In this document: piece by piece, positions 1 through 12,600 of the stretch | Layout of the letters: the number at the start of each line of letters is the position of its first letter | Position numbering within the stretch: position 1 is the first letter of the stretch | Assembly: GCA_051362555.1 (NCBI GenBank) | Contig: CM120641.1 | Coordinates: 9,548,001-9,612,000, forward strand | Reading direction: 5' to 3' | Source of the DNA: Lingula anatina | Taxonomy: Eukaryota > Animalia > Brachiopoda | Length of the DNA: 64,000 bases | Translations under genes and position numbers: made by a program | Notes under the pieces: model-generated | What the model was told of the DNA's origin: nothing | The model's database searches: none | The model's input: the letters and a program-made list of their open reading frames with translations, nothing else

Positions 1-3000
1 AATACATGGGTTGTATGTAGTTTGTAAACAAAAAATAAATGGCCTTCACATTCTTGGGTTACATTCATACTGAGACGCCCTGTATTTAACATTTAAAATT
101 TAATCGACTTCTCAGTGGCATGATATTTTAATTTTTTTTCAATGATGAAAAATAGTCTTGTTGTTATACTTTATAGGATTACTGTAGCGACTCTTGTAAG
201 TAATTTTTATTCAAAATATCTTTTCATTGTATGGTGAGAGTGTGAAAATGGGAAATGTAAAATTTGGGACGGTATCACATAGTACATACTGGTTTAATAT
301 GACGAAAATGCCGCTCTTGCCAATGCCCCAATTTTCATCCTGAAATATCATTTGGTTTAAAGAATGATAACGGGTCTTGAAATTATGATAGAAAGGCTTG
401 GTTAGTGTTTTTAAGCATGGTTAAGAAGATTCACGTAATAGATGACAACGCTGAAAAGAGTAACCATAATTATTTCATATTATAATTTCACATTTGTTCG
501 ATTTCTGGTTGTGCTCCACCATAGAATTTTATGATAAGCCAATAAAACTAGAATCAACGTTCGAAGAATTATAAAGAATAAGAGACAGGCTTCCTACCAA
601 AGACTTTGAGATAAGTCGCAAAAATGCTTGAAACACCTCGCGGTTCGGAACAAGACTTTTATGTTGTTATAATAACACTCAAAGAATTGCAAAAAATGCC
701 GTTTTTCTAAATGTCGATGTTTTCTTCTGCCAAAACCGATTACTAATTTGCCAAAACTGAAGGGCGGGAGCCATTCTTTCCGCGGGCACTGTGCGCTGAG
801 GTTTTCCTGAACAGATGTACAGAAATCGTCTCTAATTAAGCTGATAAAATTCACGCGAATCCCTGTGGTAATCTCAGTGGTGAAGTGAACGCTCACGCCC
901 AATGGCAGAGAAAAGTGACACCAGCAAGCTGTGTAAGAGATCCGCGGTCCCCTAAGAGAGAGCACGTCATCAGCGGCAGGTATGACTATGACGTCAACGC
1001 CACGCGCTAGGTGAACAACCTTAATGATGCGGCTCAGTATATAGTCGTAAATGCTGACAACTGCGATATCCATGCCGCTTAATCCAGCTGGTATGGAATT
1101 AAAACGGCCGATATAACACCCGACTACGAATGTCGATATTAGGCCCAAAAACAGAGCCCCATTTGTGCCTTCATTTTGCTTACACCTCCCAACTTTTGCG
1201 AACGGACCTGGATTCCCACTACATCTGTCTCTACCCCACCCCCCTCAGCCCCGTCCCACCCAAATTTCCAATTTTTTCTCGAGCAGGTGACTGAGTGCGA
1301 ACAACTCGGGTTATCTTTCTTCCACCACCTTCGCCTAGCAAATTTGAAGCAACAGTCCTTCCTTTCTCCGTCCTAATTGGATCGTCTTCTACTTTGAAGT
1401 TTTACCCCATGTGCGATCCGAATGATAACACTGTCCAGAGAGATCTTACTCGCCGGGGCTTAAAAGTCGGGCAAATGTTTGGGATAGCTAAGCTCGCGAA
1501 GAAGCACGTTTTAAACACGCCGCTTAAAAGCAAAGCAAATGTTTAGATAAATGTGGTAACATGAAAGTTCAAGGCATCAACAGAAGCTGGATGCAGTCAA
1601 TTAACTAATGTACAGATAACGCAAACGCGATGAGGCTTTTAAAGGAGCATTAACTTGACGCGAACCAGCTGTCTGTCTGGTATACCTGCCATGTTACAAA
1701 AGAGTTAACAATCCCGTTCCCCCTCCCATAAAAAGGTACTGAGCGATTTTTCAGCTGTGTTAATGAAATAACTGGAGTTTTATCCCCTTCCTTATCATCG
1801 GCAGGGATTACTAAACCAAGAAAAATGCTCTTTCCCAAAATAACGTTATCTTTATTAAGCCTAAAAAACATTTTCTCTTTCAGTTTCAATTCAAACTTTC
1901 ATAAAAGCAACGGCCTCATTTTTCTTTTCTGTTTTGTAGTTATAATTTTTGTACAAATTTTACTTTTAAAAATAATTCATAAATATCTTTTTTTTTCAAA
2001 ATCTTTTCACTTGAGTGAAAAAAGGCTGTTTCTTTCACAAAATCCATTTTATTTTCCGAAAAACCAAAAACAGGCTGATGCACTTACTGCACCTTTTGTT
2101 ACATTTGATACTACATAAATAAGTAGGGAAGGGAAAATGCCCCGGAAAAAAGGTCAACAACTAAATATGACACTCCATGTGTTTCTTTTTTAGACTATCA
2201 TTAACTTAATTCAAAGCACGATTCGAAAACCGCTAAGATACCTGATCAGATTCGGAGATTGCGTTTGTTGTCATTCTGAGGCCAGGAACACAACGGTTGG
2301 GTTTCCAATGTAATTCAGACAATTTGGCAACATTTCAGTTCTCATATTTTGACACTTTTCATCCACACCAGGAACTCAAGTACCGCATTTTTCCTCTATA
2401 AAAATGAATGCAAATACACAAAATAAACAATATCAAACAGGCACTAGACTGTATTTAACGAGTCAATATTACATCATGTGAAACTAAATTGGGAAGCCCA
2501 ATCGTAAGGCACATAATGTAAAACATAAAGTCAAACAGTTTGCACAACTGCTAATATAGCATTACACATTGTCAGAAAACAAGTGAAACAGATTTTTAAA
2601 AACTTTACACTGTAATACATTTCTACAACATATGCACAATTACAACAAAAGTTGTGTGTTTTTTGTGCATAAAAACGTTGAAATCAAAATAAAAAAACGT
2701 GATAAACAATTTTTTTTTAATCTTAAAGCGGTGGGTGGGTATTAAGGAGAAAAAAATCCTCTATAATACAACAAATCACATTAAAAGATGCAAACTCAAA
2801 AATCCAGTGAGGTGATTTCTTTCATCAGTGAGGCACTCCTGAATCACAAATATTTTAATAAAAACATGGTAAACAATCTCTTCAGTTGTTGGCACATCTA
2901 AATGTTAACTTGGTGGATAGAAATTAAACACCTGTATCTCATGAATTCTTCAACCAGAGTTTTTTCATAGTATCTGAAAAATAATCTTACTTAAAAAATA

Positions 3001-4524
3001 TTTTCTCACTGATGGAAAAAAAACTTTTTCAATACACCTGTACTTGAATCTGAACTTTTAAAATCAAATAGTGTTTTCATGTTTTCATGATACAAGCCAG
3101 TTTGTATTATCTTACATGACATCTATAAAAAAAGCCAAACTTTAAAAAAAGAAAAAACATTTGACTTTTACAGCACAAAGGCTTATTGTTTATCTCAAAA
3201 TGCCAAGGTGAGGCAGGGTAAGAGGGAAGAAAATTACACCACCTTCATGAAAGCTTCACCTTAGAGAACCATCTGTAAATCAGGCAGATTTTCAGAGGTC
3301 TGTAAGCTCCCATGGGTCATGATAACTTACACGCTTTGGTAAATTATAGTAATGTGGACGGTTTGATAGCTGAGCGTTTAAAACACACTCTTTTCATTGC
3401 ATACATGGGCTCACACATGACCAAGGCTTCTTCTCCAAAATACAGTCTTGGTAGTAAATATTACCAAATCTGGCCCATCTATATCTGGATATCTCATTTC
3501 CTTCCATACCTGATAACTAATATATAAATACATTTTTCAATATATAAAACTAAGCTGCATAATAGCAGAAATAAAATATAAGTTATTGTGTTTCATAAAT
3601 GACCAAATAACCCTTATGTTAAGGTATTGTATAGAAAAATGGCAAGACAAATATATTAATATCAAGTTTAAATGAAGCAATTGCTTTTTCAAACTCCTCA
3701 GTAGAAAGGAAGTTGAGCAGTTGTCACAATAATTTTCTGTAGCATTATGGCACTGACACAGTTACAGATAACCAACTTTTCTGACACCCTGTATACTTTG
3801 CAGAGGTCAAAATGTAACTATATAATTATATATATATATTTAATATTATTACATTACATATGCTTATCATATAATAAAAAAGTAACTTAATATATCTAAA
3901 TTATACCCTGGTGAATCTATTGCTCTGAAAGTAAATACTTTGTTATTCTGTCATCAGTTTCAAGTCAAGGTCCAATTAATCATGTGAAGGTGAACAAACA
4001 AACAAAATAAGTCCCAGAATGACGTAATCTTGATGAAAACCTGTATGTTGAATGCCACAGTGCTCATCCTTGCTGCAGACTTATCAATTCTGGTTGCAAG
4101 GAGTGTCACCTCTTTACACTCACAAGTAGTCTTCACATTTGCAATTCCATTACCATTATTTTTGGTGTTGTCCTATTGTTAATAACATCATAAATGACAT
4201 TTTATATTAATACCAGCATCACAATATTAAGAAATACTCTGTTGGTAGCCCTGGTTATGTAGGGTAACTACATCTTTTCACATCAAGCAGTCTACTTTAA
4301 TGATATAGCTGTGCCAGTATGTAAGACCCAGGATATAATGCTGTCAATCTCTCAAAGTGCACTGGTAAAGCTGCATTGTTAAAGTATACCACGCAATTTG
4401 AAAGTGACCAATGTGGTTTACTCTGTAATGGAAAAAACCAACAGTACTCATCAAAAATAGTCTCTAGAGAATAAAAAATTTGAGTGCTGTCTGCGAGTGG
4501 TCTGTCTATCAGTTAACTCAGCTT

Positions 4525-6585
4525 TCAAAGACGCTGATCTATCAACTCAGCCTGGAGAGTATCTTCTTCTTTTTCTCCAATTAGCAATGGTGGTGTGAAG
4601 ACATCCCAGACTCTGACATTACCATCATCACTACAGGTCACTACCCTGTCTTCTGACACCTAGAGAAGATGAAAAAGCAAACAATGAAAGTGGCTCAGCT
4701 TGGCAGCTAGTGACATCTTTTGTTCTGCTCTGTTTTTAGGTTCATCTTAATGTTATACATTTTTTCTAAAAATACAAAAATGAAATGTGAAAATTATAAA
4801 CAGAGTTGTTAAGCATGTGATAAAACCAAATTTAAGTGCCTTCACTTTATGAAAATTTAATGTGCACAACTTGTTTTGCCTTACTTGAGCGCAGATGGCC
4901 TTGAAAGACCTAAGGTTAAGGACATTAAAGACATAGAACATTTACCTTTCTAATTTGCTAATCATAATACAAATATATATCATACCTTGACATCATTTAC
5001 AGGGCCCTTGTGTCCATGTAAAGAGCGTACACAGGTCATGGTAATAAGGTCCCACTCCTTGATCACTGCATCACTAAGGATAAAATAAAAATGTGACAAT
5101 GAAAGTACCTGTTTTACTCCATAGAAATATTCTTTAAATAGTTATTCATGTAAGAAACTTATACAGTTTTTCACACCATCTATCATCTGCAATAGACCAC
5201 TTTAGCAAGTTTAATAAAGAAAGGGGCTGTAAGAGTAAAAGGCCAAGGACAAACTGCTAATTTTTGAATAACCTAAGATGAAAATGTTGCAAGTAACCCA
5301 TGAATAGGCCATATATTTTCTGTTTAATTACAAAAGTTTTTTTATTCTTGAAAGTCAAATTAATGTAAAAATGCAGCAATTTATAACATGCAGGCATGGT
5401 GTTCAAGCAACTGTGTGATTTCTCAAACTGCAATGGTAAAATAAAAAATAAATAATAAATAAATAAATGATATCATCCTTACTCAGAAGCAGTATAAAAT
5501 CTCCCTGAATGAAAATCAATGCCATTGATGGGAGCTTGATGTGCCTCCACTGCTGCCTCACACTCTCCACTGGTCTTGTCCCAGAAATACACCACCCCTC
5601 CAGTTGTGCCACACAGCAGCAGGTCTCCTTGCACCTAGAATACACAGGTAGAATGAAAACATGGCAAGATGAAAAATATCTATATTTCTTGTTCTAAAAG
5701 TCTACTCTGCTAGACTCACTCTCGATAAATGCATTTAGTAAAATAAATAAGAGAAGCATATAGCAAACTTCTCTCTCATTGCAAAGAAACGTGACCAAAA
5801 TAGTGCAACCACATGTGAGCTAAGTGGAAAAAAGGGAGAGCAACACCAAGTTGAAGAAACCCTCTGCATAGTTTACTGATTTTGTCCCTGCCATGTAGTA
5901 GTATTTCCATTGTAATAGTAGGATTTGTTTCCCAATTCCAACATGACAAGATACAAGATATAAAGAGGCAGGGGGAGACATTTTGACCAAACCACTGGAC
6001 AGTGTCTGTGTGTGTAAACAGGTCACAATAGAAGAGGACTAACACTGAAGCTCTGATAACTTATAGAATACTAAAAAGATGTACAATAGCTAGGTGAAAT
6101 ACTAATTTACTTTAAAATATATATTGCTAATATATACTGCTAATTTCTATGGGATTAGAATGAAATAATATGAAGCAGTGTTACAGAACTAGGCATTAAT
6201 ATTTGGTCACCTACTAAAAATGTCATATTTGCTTAAATACCATAATCTGTTCTAATCCTAATATCATTACTATGCAGAAAGTACTTTGCGGGTTTTGCGT
6301 AGTCTCTGGGTCAGCTATACATAGTAAATCTATTACATAATCTACCTTAATTTGGAGACGGGGTGTATTTTCAAAGAGGAAGTGGTAGCCATTTGTGGTA
6401 AGGGTTCACCATGGCATTGTTCTTTCCAAGACCACATTGCCTATAATATTACCAGTGATTTCACACAAAATTACCCCGGAATTATTTTCCACTGAGCTTT
6501 CTACCTCAGGAATCTGTGAGCAATTTAACACAAATCCCCACTTCCACTGCCAAAAGGTCAACATTTCCATCCCTTTCCTTTCAAT

Positions 6586-6646
<61 letters not shown>

Positions 6647-9600
6647 ATCAAACTTTGTATTCAATCAAATATATATAAATATTTGTCTCATTAAGTTCAT
6701 ATATATAAAAATGCAAAAATCACTTCATTATGAACCTGATAAAAAAATCTTTGCTTTTTATCTAAAAATAAAGATATTGTTACCAGTAGAAAGTCACTGC
6801 TTAAAATGTACAAGTTTATCCAAATCATCTTATATGTTACTAAAATACTAGATTCTTTTATCTGTTTTGCGATATATATACATGATATAATGTGCATTAT
6901 TCTACTGCCTAATCCCAGCTGGCCCTGCCATCACTGGGATGGGCACCTCCCACTCCACCATTAGCACCTTGTATTTCAACAAAAATTACCTAATCATAAC
7001 CACAAAGTGTAGTATAATTCCCATCTTAAAATATTTCTTCTTTTACAGTTTTGCAGAATGGGTTGTATTTCATTTCATTTTTGGATAATTTTGCTTTCTG
7101 TCACAGAAAAAAGTACATGTACAAGCAGCTTATCTAGTAATTGATTTTATTTTAAAAAACTGAGTCATTCAAATTTATCAACTTTCAAAAAATCTTGGAT
7201 TTTGCACTTAGTGCTCTGACCACCAGCCAAATTTAGTGATACATTTATCAAAATTTAGATTTAATCCTTTTATGACTGTTAGTTCAATTAAGAAGAAAAC
7301 CAAACTCAAACCACTCCATTTCCTCTCCAATTCTCCCACTTAAGCTAGTTCATCTATGCCATGATGTTAAAGTAATAATATTCCCATTTCTTATACCACT
7401 AGACTGTTGAGCCAACCACAAATGCATAATTTCACTCTTTAGTTATACATCTAAATTTTATGTGACAAGAACAAGTGGAATTCTAAAGCCCATAAAAGTA
7501 GTTTTAATGATTTTGAAAATTTATTCAGAGCCACTCTCTTTCTCTGTGATTTATGGCAGGGGGCCTCCACATAAAAATGACCCAATCTTCTACATATAAA
7601 GGTACATTTCAAAGGAGAAGCACTATTTTATGATCTGTGATGATTCAAGCAATGACGTAATACAATCTACAGAAAGAATAGTCTTCATTATTTTATAATC
7701 TAAAATCACTTCAATTAAATTGTGTGCAGCAGGCTACCACCTGTGGAACAAAGTGCTTAATTTGCTGAAGGATTTATCACCTCATAGGTTAGTTTAAATC
7801 AACCTGTCGTAAACTGAGATAAAATTCATTACCTGTGACTTTGAGCAGGAATGCCAACATTTTGAAATGTTTATTTCATTTCTTAACAGCACCTTCAGAT
7901 GTGTGCTCTGACAAAGTGATTTAGCTGTCTGCACCCAGTGGACAGTCACACTCACCTTCCTCTGTTTATATAATGGATGATCAATTATTAACAAGACTTC
8001 ATTAGTAGATGTCTAACTGGCCTTCCTTGTGGGTTTTTGACTCTGACCTAATCAAGTGGCACAAATGGTCAATTTATGCTGTGTTTAGACCTAAATTGAC
8101 CAGGTCTAAGTTCATGTCTGAACACACCTGAAGAGCATTGATTTCCTCCCTCCTCCTATCCAGTGAAAAATATCATAATGTGACTAGCAGGATAATAAGC
8201 AGGTGTTGAAGTGGTGTCACCATAAATTCAATTGGTGTCAGACCACAAATAGCAGTGTACTTTGAAAACAAAGGCATTTTAACTCATAAAGATAAGGGCC
8301 AATTGAAATATATAACCCTTAAGTTAAAAAAAATACAAACTTAAGGGATTGGAAAGTATAATTGCACATCTCTGAAATGAAATAGGTGGGTTACATAAAT
8401 GGGTTCCCTTTGAAGTCTCAACTTGTGCCTGTATGATCTAGTTCTTAAATGAAGGTTTACCGGGGTAATCACCAGCCAAAGGTATGCCACTTTTTAAAAG
8501 CCAAATCATTGTTCCATCAAGATGCCAAAATATATGAACAAGTGATAGCACTGATACGGTACTGCTTGGTGGCAAACTAAAAGTTTGGTTTTTGTTATTT
8601 ATGACCTGCATTAGGCTAGTTGAAATTGCTAGAATTATCTTTGAACAAAAGTCACGTAAACTTTAGGAGAAAACCTAAACATTCTTAAATAAACTTAAGA
8701 AAGGAATGGTAACATAAATCTACCTTTCAAAACTTAACGATGGCACTTCACAGGGCTATACATAAAAAGCAGCACTTGAATGTGAACAGGTGTGTGGTTT
8801 GTAGAGAGAATAATAGTAACTGGCTCTCCACGACTCCATAGGTGGTCTGATAATGACATATGGGGAAGGAGGACCAGGATGACTCTTTCTGTGTGTGTAT
8901 GTGCGTGTGTGCATGTGCAAAAGAGAATGGGAGAGAAAGAGAAATGGAGGGATTAACACATGTTAGTATGACTTTAAAAAGAGAAGTAAAAATTGAAAAA
9001 AGTTTTACCAGAGCTAATAAAGTATAATAAAATAATTTTAGTCATGTAAAGTAATTCACACCAAGTTTTAACTGTTAGTTGTGACATATGATTTTTGGCA
9101 GGATATAGGATTGTTAAAACATGTGACATCACACAAAATAGTAATATAAAAGAAAAAGAAAAGGAAAGAAAAAAGGGATTCAGACATTTCAGATTAAATC
9201 ACTGACACAGAGCACTTTGAATAGATTACATACGGATATTAAAAATGTTCACTTACTGCCATGCAGGATATGGGGTGGCTGGGTCCATTAAACCACCTCA
9301 AACACTCTCCACTGTGAACTGCATGGATATACACCCTCCTAAAATAAATATATGAAATGAAAAAAAAATTATTGCTGAAATTTATTAACAATTATTTAAC
9401 AAAACTATATCAGCAGTTTTATCTGTTTAATTCTATACCTGTAAAACAGAAAACTTACATCAGTCATAAAACAATATGTTTTTAGTTTTTTGTAACAAGC
9501 ACACAAATAAATGAAAATAAAGAATGCAAAAAAATCCATTCCAGAAAACACATAAAATGTATTATAGGAAGACATGTCTCCTTATCTGATATCAAGTGTG

Positions 9601-12600
9601 AGGGAATTATGCTATTTTTAGGTTGAAATTTCCAAAGAAAAATGATCCAAAATTATCAGTAATTTAGTCAAGATATCATCTGCAGACTTCTGGTTTGGTT
9701 AAAATAGGCACAGGTAATTTCAGGTGTCTAGGCAGTGGAGTGACTTGACTCATGCAAGTATGTGCATTTTTACCATTGTGGAAAAATAGTCTATTTTGGT
9801 TTGCAAATTAAAAATTAAACTCAAGCTACAATTTGCTTTATGGACAACATGTGGCTCAAATGTTTCAATGGATAAAAATGGAAATGTAACAAAGTTGCCC
9901 TTAGTGTGAGAGGCATACTTACATGTCAGCACCACCACTAATGATGGTCCTCCCATCAAACTCCAGACATGTAATCCCCGCCTTGTGTCCTCTGATGATA
10001 CGTTCACATGAATAGCTGTAAGTCGACCAAACTCTAATGGTCTTGTCATGAGAGCCAGACACCCTGAAAACAAGTCATACTGAGAGTTGCTGTACACAAT
10101 ATTGGATAATTAAAGAGTGGTACAAAATGACTTGTTTTAAGTAGACATCTAGAACTGTTCAGTATTTGACTTCCAGCCTCATCCCATATTCAATTTAATC
10201 AAAAAGGAACATTACAACACTAGTTAGGGGAAAGTTATTCATGACCAAACTTATTTTTTGTACAATTTGACAGTGCAGTATTAATATATTTTTCCCAATA
10301 TGCATTCATTAGTAATATCTCTATGATAATTAAAATATAATTCATTACATATAACTAGTAATTTTTCAACTCAGACTGTCCTGCCCTCATATCCTCAAAA
10401 GATTTCACAGTCACATAACTTCTTCAGAATTAGAAGAAAACAACCTTCTGTATCAACAATTAAACAAGTAAAATTTTAAAAATAAAACATAAAAAACTTA
10501 CAGATAACATCCACGGCACTTCAGACAGTTGACAGCATCACTATGTCCAGAAAGCACTATAATTCGCTTAAAACTGATCACATCCCAGACCTTTAATAGT
10601 AGAAAATATATATAGCAGTTTGTGTTGGTTTGTAATATTAACTAGTTATATGAATGAAGATTAATAAATATGGTCCTTTATGTATATAATAATTTAACGT
10701 AATTTAACAAGTTTACACTTTATTAAAAGACTAAATATTACACACAAATATACATTTTCCTGTGTAGTACAGCATAAAACACACAAAATGACATTTTCTT
10801 TCTTACCATTATTGTGGTATCCCAAGAACCAGAATAAAGCCTATCATCACTGATACAAATTGTCCAAATGCCTCCCTTAAAAGACAAGAAATATGAAATA
10901 TTTTGTTTTCTCCTGCTTGTGCATCATCTAAGTATTATCACTTGTACGTTTTATATGGCACAATCATCATACAAAATTTTCAATTTATCTTTTTATTTTT
11001 GTTTTATCAATTTAAAAGTGTTATTTGTATCACACAAAAGAATTTGTTTCACATGAACTAGGAGTATTTCTGCATAACACAATTACCTTGTGTCCATAAA
11101 GTTTGTGCACACTCCTCCCAGTTCTGATATCCCATAGTCTAATGGTACGATCCATGCTGCCACTGAACAAACGCTTCTTGTCAAAGGTCACACAGAGCAC
11201 ATCATTCATGTGACCCTACGGAATCAAAATAGCAAATAGATTGATAATTATTTACTAACAATTAACAATATTTTCTGTTGACAGATTTGATATTTAAATT
11301 TGATCAACCTATTTTTAAAAAGAAGATACTCAGTGTTTGAACAGATGGGGGTTGACAGTTGATGTGTCCATTGACAATATATTATTTAAAAATGCCAGGA
11401 CAAGTCATTTAAATTGACAAATTTTAATTAGATCCTTCTAATCTGACAACTGTCTGTTTTGTAATTAATAAGGTTTCTGATTTTATACAAATCATGACAT
11501 TTATGTGACCATAGGCATGTTTAAATATTTGTAACACTGTTTATACTATATGTGTCAAAGCCAAATCACAACAAAAAACAACTGGCTTTCACTAGAACTG
11601 TATTCAAATCATGTAAACTGGGTGTCACCTGTAATCTCCTGACTCTACTGACTCCTTTCACTAGACCTGCATACTGAATCTGTTTGTTTTTCAAGTCCAA
11701 GTATGCCTCTCGCTGCCACTTTAGATTGCGAGCAGATCTACATTTGCCCTGTGAAAACAAATAAACAAAAAGTTAAATCCAATGCCAAACAATCAACAGG
11801 CATATAGATTATGAAAGAAGGGACCTTTTACTTTTCCATTTTTTAAAAAGTGCTGTTCTCGTTCTTATAAAAATTTTACAATCATTTGCTCATCTTGGAT
11901 TTAGGATAGTGTGAAACTGAAAATGTTGGAAAAATAGTGCTCATTTCTGAATCCAACATTACTTTTGCAATGATTAAAATCATGAAGTACATAACAAAGT
12001 GGTTCACTTTGGGAGAAGAACCTACTAATTACATAATAAATACATTCTTTTCATATCAATAGTTAAAATATATTGTTACCATGATATCAGTGGCTTGATG
12101 TAACTCGGGTCTGATGTCCAAGGCCAGTTCATCCTCATCCCCGTCCCCACCACCTCTACGCATCTGTTTCCTCAGTGGTTTGTTAGCCCTGGAACATAAA
12201 CCATTGACACATCAAAACTCAATAACAAAATCATAATAAACAAAGTATCAAATACAGAACAATTTTTTTAAAAAAAGGTTTATATATAAATAATTAAATA
12301 ACTCTCTTCTAATTTAAAAGAAAATTTGGAAAATGTATTTAACTTCAGTAATTTTTTCACCTATATTAATTTCAAATTAAATGGCACATGTCATCTGACA
12401 ACAAATGGCAGTGCCTGCCACCAGAACTTAACACATTACATGGCATATAACCTACAGTATCATAGTACAGCTTATTAAGTTTTGTGTCAAAACAATTACA
12501 AAACCTGCCACAGAGACCATTCAATTGTGATAACATCACCCAATAAATGCCAGGTGTGTCACTGAAAAGTTTCAAAATCTTCACAATTCACTGGGAAAAT

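Noticed and set aside
594-1148. 184-aa minus-strand ORF
   Set aside because: Non-ATG start, no recognisable domain or splice structure; likely a chance ORF in GC-richer regulatory DNA.
6516-6851. Poly-Asn ORF
   Set aside because: Artefact of the (AAT)n microsatellite within an intron.
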